The notes: generated by a model from the sequence alone, not told the origin. 59,111 nt of DNA from Tolypothrix carrinoi HA7290-LM1 (GCA_019358935.1 JAHHIK010000048.1:1-59111), one strand, 5' to 3'; positions 29,584 through 39,757 are shown, counted from the first letter of the stretch. Program-made: numbers and translations.

Positions 29584-30507
29584 ATGTCTAAACAACTCGT
29601 TTTAATGGATCACGATGGTGGTGTTGATGATTATCTAGCAACTATGCTGCTGATGACGATGGATCATATCCAACTTTTGGGTGTCGTCGTCACTCCCGCT
29701 GATTGCTATGCTGAACCTGCTGTCAGCGCTACACGCAAAATTCTCGATTTGATGGAATCTTCTCATATCCCGGTAGCTCTCAGCACTGTGCGCGGTATTA
29801 ATCCTTTCCCCCGTCTCTACCGTCGTGATTCGTTTATTGTCGATCATCTGCCGATTCTCAATCAAAACGAAACAATTAGCACACCTCTGCTTGCACAACC
29901 AGGTCAAGATTTCATGATACAAGTGTTGCGTGATGCACCATTACCAGTAACGTTGATGGTAACGGGTCCTTTGACGACAGTTGCAGTAGCGTTAGATAAA
30001 GCACCAGAAATTGAAGCGAAAATTCAGAAGATTGTCTGGATGGGTGGTGCATTAAATGTTGGTGGTAATGTTGAAAAAAGTTTGGAAGCAGGACAAGACG
30101 GTTCAGCTGAATGGAATGTTTATTGGGATCCCATTTCCGCAGCGCGAGTATGGGAAAGTCAAATTGAAATTATCATGTGTCCTTTAGATTTAACTAACAA
30201 TGTACCTGTTACATCTGAGGTTGTTTACAAAATGGGACGACAACGCCATTATCCCATCTCGGATTTGGCAGGACAATGTTATGCGTTAGTTATTCCCCAA
30301 GATTATTATTTTTGGGATGTGTTAGCAACAGCTTATCTCGCTCATCCAGAGTTTTATCAACTGCGCGAGTGGGAAACAGAAATTGTCACAACTGGTTTAA
30401 GTCAAGGACGTACTAAAGTAGTATCTGGAGGTCGGAAAATTTCGGCAATGGATAAAGTTGATAAAGAGGCTTTTTACAATTACATTTTACAGCAGTGGGC
30501 GCGATAG
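29584..30507 (+). CDS. Nucleoside hydrolase (IAG-NH-like, probably purine-preferring)
   Basis: DHDGGVDD, AEWNVYWDP, PLDLT and YYFWDVL motifs. Confidence 0.92.
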   Translation: MSKQLVLMDHDGGVDDYLATMLLMTMDHIQLLGVVVTPADCYAEPAVSATRKILDLMESSHIPVALSTVRGINPFPRLYRRDSFIVDHLPILNQNETISTPLLAQPGQDFMIQVLRDAPLPVTLMVTGPLTTVAVALDKAPEIEAKIQKIVWMGGALNVGGNVEKSLEAGQDGSAEWNVYWDPISAARVWESQIEIIMCPLDLTNNVPVTSEVVYKMGRQRHYPISDLAGQCYALVIPQDYYFWDVLATAYLAHPEFYQLREWETEIVTTGLSQGRTKVVSGGRKISAMDKVDKEAFYNYILQQWAR

Positions 30508-30508
30508 A

Positions 30509-30645
30509 GTAGAGACGTTCCAGTGGAACGTCTGTACAAAAGATTTTGTAGGGTGCGTTACACTACGTTAACGCACCTTCCTTAGTTTAGTATTTTTTTC
30601 AACGCAGAGGGTAGCGGAGGTAAGCGCACTCGTAACGCAGAGTTT
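30509..30645. repeat. GTAG REP-like palindromes and a CGCAGAG core repeat
   Basis: Palindromes at 30509-30537 and 30548-30577; the latter recurs inverted at 53473-53502. Confidence 0.65.
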
Positions 30646-30650
30646 TGATT

Positions 30651-31217
30651 TCAATTTTCGCGCTCATTCCTGTTTAAATAATTCAAACCCAAGAAAAGGG
30701 CAGCAACGCTACCTGAAACTGAAATTTGCCCTTGGGTAATTTTCTCTATTACTGATTCTACCGGAATCAATACAACTTCAATTTCTTCTGTAATATCTAA
30801 ATTTTGCTCTCCGATTTTTCTGACATTCTCTGCTATAAATAAATGTATTTTATTCGTATCTTTAACCGGATTATCGTATAAAGTAGCTAATTTTATAACT
30901 TTTTCGGCTGTATAACCTGTTTCTTCTTTAAGTTCTCTGATTGCCGCTGTTTCTGCACTTTCATATGTTGCATCAAAACCTCCAGCAGGTAGTTCTAACA
31001 ATATTTCACCTACTCCATGTCTGTATTGCCGTACAAAAACAATTTCTTGATTGCTGGTGATAGGTAAAATTAAGGCAATTTCTGGTCTAACAATTACAAA
31101 AAAATCATCTATTATTTTACCATTTGGCAATTCTATCTCATCTTGTCTGACCTGGCACCAAAAATTATCTAAGACCATTTTTGATTGCAAGATTTTCCAT
31201 TTTTTTAATTTGTGCAT
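30651..31217 (-). CDS. NUDIX hydrolase (ADP-ribose pyrophosphatase-like)
   Basis: VRQYRH..LELPAG and the Nudix box AAIRELKEETGY. Confidence 0.92.
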   Translation of the reverse strand: MHKLKKWKILQSKMVLDNFWCQVRQDEIELPNGKIIDDFFVIVRPEIALILPITSNQEIVFVRQYRHGVGEILLELPAGGFDATYESAETAAIRELKEETGYTAEKVIKLATLYDNPVKDTNKIHLFIAENVRKIGEQNLDITEEIEVVLIPVESVIEKITQGQISVSGSVAALFLGLNYLNRNEREN

Positions 31218-31440
31218 AAAAGGGACGCTTGGATTAGGGACTAGGGACTAGGGAAGAATTTTGCTTGTGATTGGTGTTGTTTTAAGCAAATTAACGCGCG
31301 TTGCATTAGCCTAGTTTTTAATAAAAGAAAATATATATGAATTTTTAGTAAATAATTGTAAAAAAGTATAACAGAGACGTTAGAGAATTTAAAGTTTGCA
31401 TCTACACTGTTTTTACCTTTGCTTAATATTAAGCATAATT

Positions 31441-32493
31441 ATGCAAATTGAGGTAAAAACATTTACTGTTAATAAACGCTTTCCCTTAACGATCGCTCGC
31501 GGAACTACGGCACAGACGACGAATGTTTGGGTCAAAATTTCCCAAGATAATATCGAGGGTTGGGGGGAAGCGTCACCGTTTAGTGTCGGTACTAATCCGC
31601 AATCAACGGAGATAATTAAAAATGCTTTGCTGCAAGTTGCACCAATGTTGCAAGCATACAATCCCTTGCAGCGATCGCCAATTGAGCAACTGTTAACCAA
31701 AGTCGGTATTCCTTCCGCAGCTAAAGCAGCGCTGGATGTGGCGATGCACGATTGGCTGGGCAAACATGTAAAATTACCACTGTGGCAACTCTGGGGACTT
31801 GACAAAAACGCCATTGTACCCACTTCGGTGACAATTGGGATTAATACGCCGGAAGGGGCAAGAGCAAGGGCGCGAGACTGGTTACAATTTACTGATGTCC
31901 GTATTCTCAAAGTAAAGTTAGGTAATCCCGATGGCATTGTTGCAGATCGAAAAATGCTGATGGCAGTGCGTGAAGAAGCACCCAATTTAGAATTGTACGT
32001 TGATGCAAATGGGGGTTGGAGTTTGTCAGATGCTGTTGATATGTGCATCTTTTTGGCTGATTTGGGTGTAAAGTATGTGGAACAACCACTTCCACGAGGA
32101 CAAGAAAAAAGTTTACCAGAATTGAAGCAGCATTCTCCTTTGCCAATCTTTGTTGATGAAAGTTGCTTTACTAGCGCTGATATTCCTCATCTGGCAGACT
32201 GCGTGGATGGTGTTAATATCAAGCTAATGAAATCAGGTGGTTTAAGCGAAGCGATGCGGATGGTACATACAGCGCGTGCTTTAGGATTGCAAGTGATGTT
32301 TGGCTGTTATTCTGACAGTACGTTAGCGAATACAGCAGCAGCACAGCTTGCACCGTTAGCTGATTATTTAGACTTAGACAGTCATCTTAACTTAATCGAT
32401 GACCCCTTCACGGGTGCGATCGCTCTTGACGGAAAAATTTTACCGAACGATTTACCAGGTTTGGGGGTACAATACAGTGCGTTTACCGCTTGA
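31441..32493 (+). CDS. Enolase-superfamily dipeptide epimerase / N-acyl amino acid racemase (YcjG/DgcA-like)
   Basis: KVKLG, DANGGW, EQP, DES, NIKLMK and DLD motifs. Confidence 0.92.
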   Translation: MQIEVKTFTVNKRFPLTIARGTTAQTTNVWVKISQDNIEGWGEASPFSVGTNPQSTEIIKNALLQVAPMLQAYNPLQRSPIEQLLTKVGIPSAAKAALDVAMHDWLGKHVKLPLWQLWGLDKNAIVPTSVTIGINTPEGARARARDWLQFTDVRILKVKLGNPDGIVADRKMLMAVREEAPNLELYVDANGGWSLSDAVDMCIFLADLGVKYVEQPLPRGQEKSLPELKQHSPLPIFVDESCFTSADIPHLADCVDGVNIKLMKSGGLSEAMRMVHTARALGLQVMFGCYSDSTLANTAAAQLAPLADYLDLDSHLNLIDDPFTGAIALDGKILPNDLPGLGVQYSAFTA

Positions 32494-33517
32494 TCGACGG
32501 ATAGCGATTCTGCTGCATGACGGAATCAAAGGAACTCATGGCAAAACAGGGCTGTCACTTTTACGCTACAGTGAAGCTTCAATTGTCGCCGCTATCGATC
32601 GCACCTGTGCAGGGCAATCTTTACCGGAATTAACGCGCATTAAGCGAGATGTTCCAATTGTCGCATCAGTTGCCGCTGCATTACAATATCAACCGGAAGT
32701 TTTGGTAATTGGTATTGCCCCCCAAGGCGGTATATTACCAGATGATTATTGGCATGATATCAAAGATGCGTTAATGTCCGGCATGTCATTGGTAAACGGT
32801 TTGCACACACCATTGGCAAACATGCCAGATTTAAAAGCACTGCTGAAACCAGGACAATTAATTTGGGATGTGCGAAAAGAACCACCGAATTTAGGTGTTG
32901 CTACTGCCTTGGCACGCACCCTTCCTTGCCGGCGAGTGTTGACTGTGGGAACTGATATGGCAGTCGGTAAAATGTCTACAAGCATACAATTACATTGGGC
33001 ATCACGTTTGCGAAATTGGCGTTCTAAGTTTCTCCCAACCGGTCAAACTGGTTTGATGTTAGAAGGTGATGGTGTGCCATTAGATGCCGTGCGGGTAGAC
33101 TTTGCCGCCGGTGCGGTGGAACAGATGGTGATGCGCTTCGGCAAAAATTACGACATTTTGCATATTGAAGGACAAGGTTCGCTATTACACCCTAGTTCTA
33201 CAGCAACATTGCCCTTAATACGCGGTTCGCAACCAACACAAATGATATTGGTACATCGTGCCGGACAAACTCATGTGATGGATAATGTACCAATTCCGCC
33301 TTTACCAGAGGTGATTAAGCTGTATGAAATAGTTGCCAGTGCAGGTGGTGCTTTTGCGTCCGTGCCTGTGGTGGGTGTAGCACTGAATACAGGGCATTTG
33401 GATGAGTCAGCAGCAAAAGAAGCGATCGCTCAAGTACAATCAGAAACGAACCTACCTTGCACAGATCCAATTCGCTTTGATGCAGGTTTGTTATTAGATG
33501 CGATCGTGCGTGGGTAA
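32477..33517 (+). CDS. DUF1611 protein (DgcN-like P-loop N-acetyltransferase)
   Basis: GKTG, VGTDMAVGKM, TGQTG and EGQGSL motifs. GTG start overlaps the epimerase end. Confidence 0.9.
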   Translation: MRLPLDRRIAILLHDGIKGTHGKTGLSLLRYSEASIVAAIDRTCAGQSLPELTRIKRDVPIVASVAAALQYQPEVLVIGIAPQGGILPDDYWHDIKDALMSGMSLVNGLHTPLANMPDLKALLKPGQLIWDVRKEPPNLGVATALARTLPCRRVLTVGTDMAVGKMSTSIQLHWASRLRNWRSKFLPTGQTGLMLEGDGVPLDAVRVDFAAGAVEQMVMRFGKNYDILHIEGQGSLLHPSSTATLPLIRGSQPTQMILVHRAGQTHVMDNVPIPPLPEVIKLYEIVASAGGAFASVPVVGVALNTGHLDESAAKEAIAQVQSETNLPCTDPIRFDAGLLLDAIVRG

Positions 33518-33618
33518 TCATCTGCTGAATAAATTTCGCAAAAAATAGTACAATAATACTATGAAGCGATAAGCGTGCCGAGTTGGCAGAGGTTTTGAGG
33601 CAGTAGAGGAGGTAAACT

Positions 33619-34086
33619 ATGGCTTATACAACAGCAAGAGCGATCGCCGATTACTTCATCTGGCTAGCTAACGAAACAGGTTCGTATATCAGCAACCTGA
33701 AACTGCAAAAACTTGTTTATTATGCTCAAGCTTGGTATCTTGCTCTTTATGGACAACCTCTGTTTGATGAAGATTTTGAAGCATGGATTCATGGACCTGT
33801 TATTCCTGAGTTATATCAAGAATACAAAAACTTTGGGTGGAAACCAATCTTAAAGGATGTTGAACCACCAGATTTTTCGGAAGAAATTCGCGATTTCTTG
33901 GAAGAATTGACAGAAGTCTATTTTGGGTGCGATGCTTTTGAACTAGAGCAGATGACTCATAATGAAGATCCTTGGATTCAAGCTAGAGGAAATCTTTCTT
34001 TGGATGCACCTTGCAGGGCGATAATTTCTAAAGCATCAATGAAAGACTATTACAAAACTCGTGCCGAAGAAAATCAAGAAACTTGA
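33619..34086 (+). CDS. Panacea (DUF4065/SocA-like) antitoxin
   Basis: SNLKLQKLVYYAQ, FEAWIHGPV and THNEDPW motifs. Confidence 0.92.
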   Translation: MAYTTARAIADYFIWLANETGSYISNLKLQKLVYYAQAWYLALYGQPLFDEDFEAWIHGPVIPELYQEYKNFGWKPILKDVEPPDFSEEIRDFLEELTEVYFGCDAFELEQMTHNEDPWIQARGNLSLDAPCRAIISKASMKDYYKTRAEENQET

Positions 34087-34489
34087 ATCAAAACAGGCTT
34101 CATCTTCATCTAGGATAAAACCTACAAAAGTAAAGCCTCCTCAAGGAATTAGTTTTTCGTACAGGTACTTCAAAGACGACAACGAGAAGTTTTTGATTAG
34201 CAACAAGGATGCACGATATTTAGAAGCGCTAATTCAGAGACTGCGCGATTTGTCAAGTATGACAGTTAATGAAATTACTGTTATAAATGCCAAACGTTTG
34301 CGATGCCATGCAATAGACTGGGATAGAACTACTGAAACTTGCTTTGGTCTTCCTAATGAAGAGCAGCTGGTAGATACGCCATATCAGTTTCAACTTTCAT
34401 CAAACGAGCATGGTAGAGTTCACGGATTCTTTATCGAAAACGTCTTTTACATTGTTTGGTTAGATCCAGATCATAGACTTTACTCTTAA
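34061..34489 (+). CDS. Putative toxin (RelE-fold-like) paired with the Panacea antitoxin
   Basis: Overlaps the antitoxin end; basic protein with FSYRY, LRCH and GRVHGF...FYIVWLDPDH. Confidence 0.7.
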   Translation: MPKKIKKLESKQASSSSRIKPTKVKPPQGISFSYRYFKDDNEKFLISNKDARYLEALIQRLRDLSSMTVNEITVINAKRLRCHAIDWDRTTETCFGLPNEEQLVDTPYQFQLSSNEHGRVHGFFIENVFYIVWLDPDHRLYS

Positions 34490-34620
34490 TTCACCTTGTA
34501 AAACAAAGCGCGATCGCCTAATAGTTGCTGCACACCCATACCTTTCTAAAACTGCATAATTTGATGGTGCTTACAACTATTCTAAATACAGAAGGAAAGC
34601 TCATTCATACTTAACTTCTG

Positions 34621-35113
34621 TTGGTGCGTCCGGGGGAGGGAACGGAGGATACGCGACGACTAGCGACAAAAGCCGAATTGGGTGAAGCAAGCTGGGAATT
34701 AGTAAAACAGTTGGCAGATAACCGATTAGTAGTCACCAGTCAAAATGCTGCTAACCAAGAAACTGTGGAAGTTGTCCATGAAGCGTTGATCCGTAATTGG
34801 GGTGAATTTCGGCAATGGATGAATGCAGACCGTAGCTTTCGGGCTTGGCAAGAGCGATTAAGGGGAGGAATGTATCAATGGCAACAAACGCAACGGGATG
34901 AAGGGGCGTTGTTGCGGGGTGCAGCGTTGGCGGAGGCCGAAGAAAAGCTGAAACAACGTCGAGAGAACCTTAGCGAAGGTGAGCAAGAATTTATTCGAGC
35001 TAGTGTGGAAGTGCGCGAAAGGGAGAAGCAGGAGCAGGAACGCAGGCAGCAGTACGAATTGTCGTTAGAACGACAAGCACGATATCGGCTGCAATGGTTG
35101 GTAGCTGTTTTAA
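34621..35113 (+). pseudogene. Internal fragment of an nSTAND1-type NTPase (winged-helix/linker region)
   Basis: DTRRLA, LADNRLVVT, EVVHEALIRNW and LLRGAALAEAE motifs; no P-loop and no credible start. Confidence 0.8.
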
Positions 35114-35368
35114 CTGCTAGCGAAGTTAGAAACCTCAGACCGTCGTAAAATTGACAATGCCTTTGCTGATGCCCAGGAGGAGCTAAACAAGCCACAGCCA
35201 GATAAAGATGAGGTGGGTGATGCATTAAACCGAGCGTTGAAATATGCCCAGAAAGCCGAAGGGTTTGCCTCTGCGATGGAAAAACTTCAGCCCCACTTAG
35301 CTAAAACTACTGCTTGGCTAGGTGATAATTGGCACAAATTATTGAGTATAGTTGGTTTAACAATTTAA
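35114..35368 (+). pseudogene. C-terminal helical-domain remnant fused out of frame to the STAND fragment
   Basis: 84-codon start-less frame LLAKLETSDRRKIDNAF...PDKDEVGDAL...WLGDNWHKLL. Confidence 0.6.
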
Positions 35369-35556
35369 GTTTTGACTTTTGACTATATACCACAAAACTT
35401 TTTTGCAAGAGGATTTTGCTTTAAGTCTCACGCAAAGTCGCTAAGAAGAACTTTGTGTTTGCGTGAAATTTTTAATGATATAGCGATCGCACTATACATA
35501 TTGATGTCAATCCTAATACATTTAAACAAAGAAGCATCACATAGGTTGACATCACC

Positions 35557-37164
35557 ATGAAACGACGCTGGAAGTCTCTATTGCTAGCTTGGAATTGGGT
35601 ACTGCTGTCATTAGGTACATCAATATTGATTATCCTGACGCAACCTATTTCACCCGTTCCCGCACAACAACCACCTGCATCCACAGCAAAGCCCACATCT
35701 TCCCCAGAAGCTACACCAAAACCTACACCTTCCCCAGAAACCACCGACAAAAAGCCATCTGAGGCAGCAGAACCCCCACCCACTCCCGAAGAACTCGCTC
35801 GGCGGCAAAAACTGATGGAAGGAGATAAGCTTTATCTAGCGGGAAATCTCCCAGAAGCGGAAAGAATGTATCGTCTTGCGAAAGCACCTTTCACGACAAA
35901 ATTAAAAAATCAACAACGCAAACCCGCTATAATCGATCCAGCACAACTTTCCCCAGCAGGTAAGGTATACTGGCGGGAAGCCGAAGCCGGAATCGCAAGT
36001 AAGCTGCAAACTAGAACATTAGTACCACTGCAACTATTAGTTGAACAAGTTCCCGAATTTATCCCCGGTCATATAAAATACGCTGAAATCCTCAAACAAT
36101 ACGGTGATAATAAAAAAGCATTAGCTGTATTGGACAGAGCTGCAACGCTGTATCCGAATCAACCAGACTTAATTAAAGTCAGAGTTGCAGCACTTGCAGA
36201 TGCGAAAAAATGGATGGAAGCTTCTTTAGCAGCGCGTCAATTTGCGATTCTCAATCCCAACGATCCGCAAGCACCAGAATTTAAAAAATTAGCTGACGAC
36301 AATCTCAAACGTTATAAATCGCATATCCGCGCCGAAGTCAGAGGTAACACGATCGCCAACATCATAACTGGTGCATTAGGTTACGCTGTCACTGGCAGCC
36401 TGCTCGGTCCATTTTCTGCCCTAGATTCTACCATAATGTTGCTACAAGGGGAAGGAGCGATCGGTGAATCTGTAGCCAAGCAAGCAAAAAAACAACTGAA
36501 ATTAATTAATGATGAAACCGTTGTTAAATACGTTGATGAAATCGGGCAGAAACTAGTTAAGGTGTCAGGAAGGGAAGAGTTTAAATACGAGTTCTTTGTC
36601 ATCCCCCTCGAAGACCTTAACGCCTTTGCGCTACCGGGAGGCAAAATCTTCATTAATGCGGGTGCGATCGTTAAAGCCAATTCTGAAGCGGAATTAGCCG
36701 GGTTAATCGGTCACGAATTATCCCACGTCGTCCTTTCCCACGGCTTTCAACTAGTTACCCAAGGCAACTTAATTTCCAACGTCACTCAATATTTACCACT
36801 TGGCGGCACCATCGGTCAACTCTTTGGACTTAGCTACAGCCGCGATATGGAACGTCAAGCAGATAACCTCGGTACACGCTTGATAGCTACCAGCGGCTAT
36901 GCTTCTGATGGTTTGCGTAACTTAATGGCGACGTTAGAAAAACAACAGAAAAACGTTCCACCTACTTGGTTATCTTCTCACCCAGGCGGTTCTGAGCGAG
37001 TTAGCTATTTAGAAAGCTTAATTTCTGACACTGGCTATAACCGCTATGCTTATGAAGGAGTAGGGCGTCACCAAGAAATTAAAGAACGGGTAAAGCAACT
37101 ACTCAAAGAGAAAAAAGAACGTGAAGAACAAAAAAAGAAGCCAAATGATGAATCAAAAAAATAA
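35557..37164 (+). CDS. M48 zinc metallopeptidase with TPR-like N-terminus
   Basis: NAFALPGG, HELSH, YSRDMERQAD and SSHP motifs. Confidence 0.93.
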   Translation: MKRRWKSLLLAWNWVLLSLGTSILIILTQPISPVPAQQPPASTAKPTSSPEATPKPTPSPETTDKKPSEAAEPPPTPEELARRQKLMEGDKLYLAGNLPEAERMYRLAKAPFTTKLKNQQRKPAIIDPAQLSPAGKVYWREAEAGIASKLQTRTLVPLQLLVEQVPEFIPGHIKYAEILKQYGDNKKALAVLDRAATLYPNQPDLIKVRVAALADAKKWMEASLAARQFAILNPNDPQAPEFKKLADDNLKRYKSHIRAEVRGNTIANIITGALGYAVTGSLLGPFSALDSTIMLLQGEGAIGESVAKQAKKQLKLINDETVVKYVDEIGQKLVKVSGREEFKYEFFVIPLEDLNAFALPGGKIFINAGAIVKANSEAELAGLIGHELSHVVLSHGFQLVTQGNLISNVTQYLPLGGTIGQLFGLSYSRDMERQADNLGTRLIATSGYASDGLRNLMATLEKQQKNVPPTWLSSHPGGSERVSYLESLISDTGYNRYAYEGVGRHQEIKERVKQLLKEKKEREEQKKKPNDESKK

Positions 37165-37220
37165 ATTCTTCGTCATTTGAACTATCAACTCCCTAACCAC
37201 TGTTCTGTTGAGGATGATTT

Positions 37221-38036
37221 ATGTCATCAAAAACCTTTAAATTTCTGTTTTTTGGCAGTTTGAGTTTATCGCTCTTACTGGGCAATACCGCAGCATTTGC
37301 TCAATACAGTAACACAACTACCAGAACCACCACAACTACTTCCGATGGCGTTGTCGTACCCACAACATCAACAGGTGGTTCAATACCATCTAATGGCACA
37401 TCCAGACCAATAGACAACTCAACAGGTATACCAAATTACCCCAGCGTTAACGAGATTGCTCGGTTTAACTGTCAGCCATATAACGGTCAGTATACCGTAA
37501 TGTATCAACCACAAAGTCAACCAAATCAATATTTTCCGTGGGCAGCACCGGGAACATTAGGTGGTGGTTGGAATTCGCAAGCTCGTTGTAATGCGATCGC
37601 CAGTCGTTTAGAATCTTACCGTCAAGATGGCTTATTAGAACTGCAAACAGCCGTAGAAAATAACCAGAACACAATCTGCGTCACCACCGAAGCTAATCCA
37701 TCCTGTCGAATTGTCCTGACAGTACCTCCGGGAAGAGATGCCTATGATGTACGCAATAACGTCTTCCAAAATCTGGTTTCCGCCGACAATGGACAATACA
37801 CCACAGCCGTCAACACTTACACTAGTCGGGGTAACGGAGCGAACGATTTATACAACTTAGGTCGGACACTTCTCGGTAGTGGCAATAGCCGCACTAATAA
37901 TCTCGCATCTTCTAAAGCCGGAATCAATCTTAAACCATTCCTAGACCCCAAAGATGGCGGTACTGCTACTGGTTTGCGGAATGGCGTCGCACGTCAAGGT
38001 AATCCTCAAAGGTTGAATCCTCGTAATTTCCGTTAA
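37221..38036 (+). CDS. COP23-domain secreted protein
   Basis: Signal peptide; RFNC, GGGWNSQARC..IASRL and ICV...C.IVLTV motifs. Confidence 0.85.
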   Translation: MSSKTFKFLFFGSLSLSLLLGNTAAFAQYSNTTTRTTTTTSDGVVVPTTSTGGSIPSNGTSRPIDNSTGIPNYPSVNEIARFNCQPYNGQYTVMYQPQSQPNQYFPWAAPGTLGGGWNSQARCNAIASRLESYRQDGLLELQTAVENNQNTICVTTEANPSCRIVLTVPPGRDAYDVRNNVFQNLVSADNGQYTTAVNTYTSRGNGANDLYNLGRTLLGSGNSRTNNLASSKAGINLKPFLDPKDGGTATGLRNGVARQGNPQRLNPRNFR

Positions 38037-38109
38037 TTGATTGTTTTTGCCTTAAAACCTCAAATATCTCCCTCATATCCCTCCTTTTTCCGGGGGGATA
38101 TTTTTTATT

Positions 38110-38203
38110 CAGGACTTACGCTCTTAGACCTCCCAAACTCTTATTCCTCTGTGTTCTCTGCGTACTCTGCGGTTCGTTTTTCCATAATTATCCGTAAGTC
38201 CTG
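38110..38203. mobile_element. 94-bp MITE-like element with a possible 5-bp TSD (TTATT)
   Basis: TIR CAGGACTTACG; TTATT at 38105-38109 and 38204-38208. Confidence 0.8.
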
Positions 38204-38296
38204 TTATTCTCTCCTGAGAATAATAACCTTGTTACAAAAGTTGGAATAAGGCGAAAGGGCAAAGGTTAAAAAGTTTAAATTTATCATAACGTTCAA

Positions 38297-39455
38297 TCAC
38301 TCTATCTTTCCATTACTCAATCTTGCTGCCAGCCAATTACGAAAGTTGGCATGATAGAAACTGTAATTAGTTTTTGTGTCTATTCGCTGTTGCACTAAGA
38401 ACTCAAGCCAATTTTCCAGCACTTCTTCGACTTCGTATTCATCTTCATCAATTATTTGAGCGATCGCACTCGCTGACATCCCTCCCTTAGACGCAGATGT
38501 TAAGACGCGAAGCACTTTCAACGCAACATCAGACAAACCCTCTTGTTTCATTTTCTGCCAATGCTGGATAAGCGATCGCTGGCAAAACACAGCGCAAATA
38601 CATAAAATTATTTTCGCTTTTTGTGGCTACTTCTTCCACAAAGTCAGGATTAGAGAGATTTTGCTTTTCAATCCACTGACTCAAACCGTCTTTATATTCT
38701 GCATCATTAAACAATAGCCAAATATACTCTTTCACATCCTGACTACTCCTTTGGGGATAGTCTCTTAAGTCCAACTCCTGGGTGGGAACGCTGGGGGAAA
38801 CATTCAACCTTTTCTCATTCTGGTTATAAGGTCTTCTTGTCAGCAGAAAGTAAACGTTTTCTGGAAAAATAGTAGGTAAATATAAAAGGTTCCCGGTCGA
38901 TTCATGGTCAACTTCATCCAATGCATCAACAACAATTACCAAGCGTTCACGAGCAGTAATTTTTTCGCTAGCTTTGGTCAACAAAGTTGATAAATCAGCA
39001 TCTGCTGCATCCTGCAACTGGTAACGATTCATCAATTGTTGGCGGATTTTTTTCAAAAACAATTCCGGGCGATTCATCCCCTCAGCACGAATATTAAAAA
39101 AGCAAATAGCTTCTGGATTCTCTAATACGTACTTGGCTGAAATGGCACTTTTCCCCATCCCGGCATCACCCACGACAGTGAAGTAGCCATTAGGGTTGTT
39201 GCTGAAGAACTTTTCAATAGCATCAAAGACGAATTTCCTACCACGGAATGACTCTGTTTTATCTTTAATTAATCGCTCAAATTCAGATGGAATTTGCTGC
39301 GGATACCAATCTTTGGGGTCAACTATATCAGTTGGTTTAATATTTAAAACTTCTGCAATCTTTTTAACTTGCCATCTTTCAATCCCATTCGGGCAGTCTT
39401 TTGTCCCTAATAAACGTTTAATTGTGTCAATAGAAACTTTTGCTTTTTCTGCAAC
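38297..39455 (-). pseudogene. HTH + NACHT-like ATPase, 5'-truncated and frameshifted
   Basis: Open frame from 39455: HTH-like VAEKAKVSIDTIKRLL, FRGRKFVF, GDAGMGKS, VVDALDE. Frame switches at about 38570 to the HWQKM...YSFYHANF tail. Confidence 0.8.
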
Positions 39456-39457
39456 TC

Positions 39458-39757
39458 ATGAACTTCAATATTTTTTCCAAACCCCAACCCAACAATAACG
39501 ATGCTGCACAAGAAACAGAACAAAAAATAATAGAAGAATTACTACGCCAAGCGCGTCTCACCTTTAATCTTGCTTTAGGCGTAACCGCAGCATCTGCGAT
39601 AATGACATTAACTGGTGTGGGACTACTCTATTTAAATAAAGTACCAGAAGCCAGCCTCACCGCAGGTGCAGGAATTCTTGCCAGTATTAGCAGCGTTCAG
39701 TTTGCCAAAGATGCAAAGGAAGAACTGCACGAGATTATAGACAATTTGCCGAAATAA
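39458..39757 (+). CDS. Small 2-TM protein resembling the cyanobacterial TRADD-N-associated membrane domain
   Basis: ELLRQARLTFNLAL plus two hydrophobic helices ending FAKDAKEEL. Confidence 0.65.
   Translation: MNFNIFSKPQPNNNDAAQETEQKIIEELLRQARLTFNLALGVTAASAIMTLTGVGLLYLNKVPEASLTAGAGILASISSVQFAKDAKEELHEIIDNLPK

Noticed and set aside
31413..32048. 211-aa antisense ORF
   Set aside because: It is a shadow of the epimerase gene with no motifs; other antisense ORFs were treated the same way.
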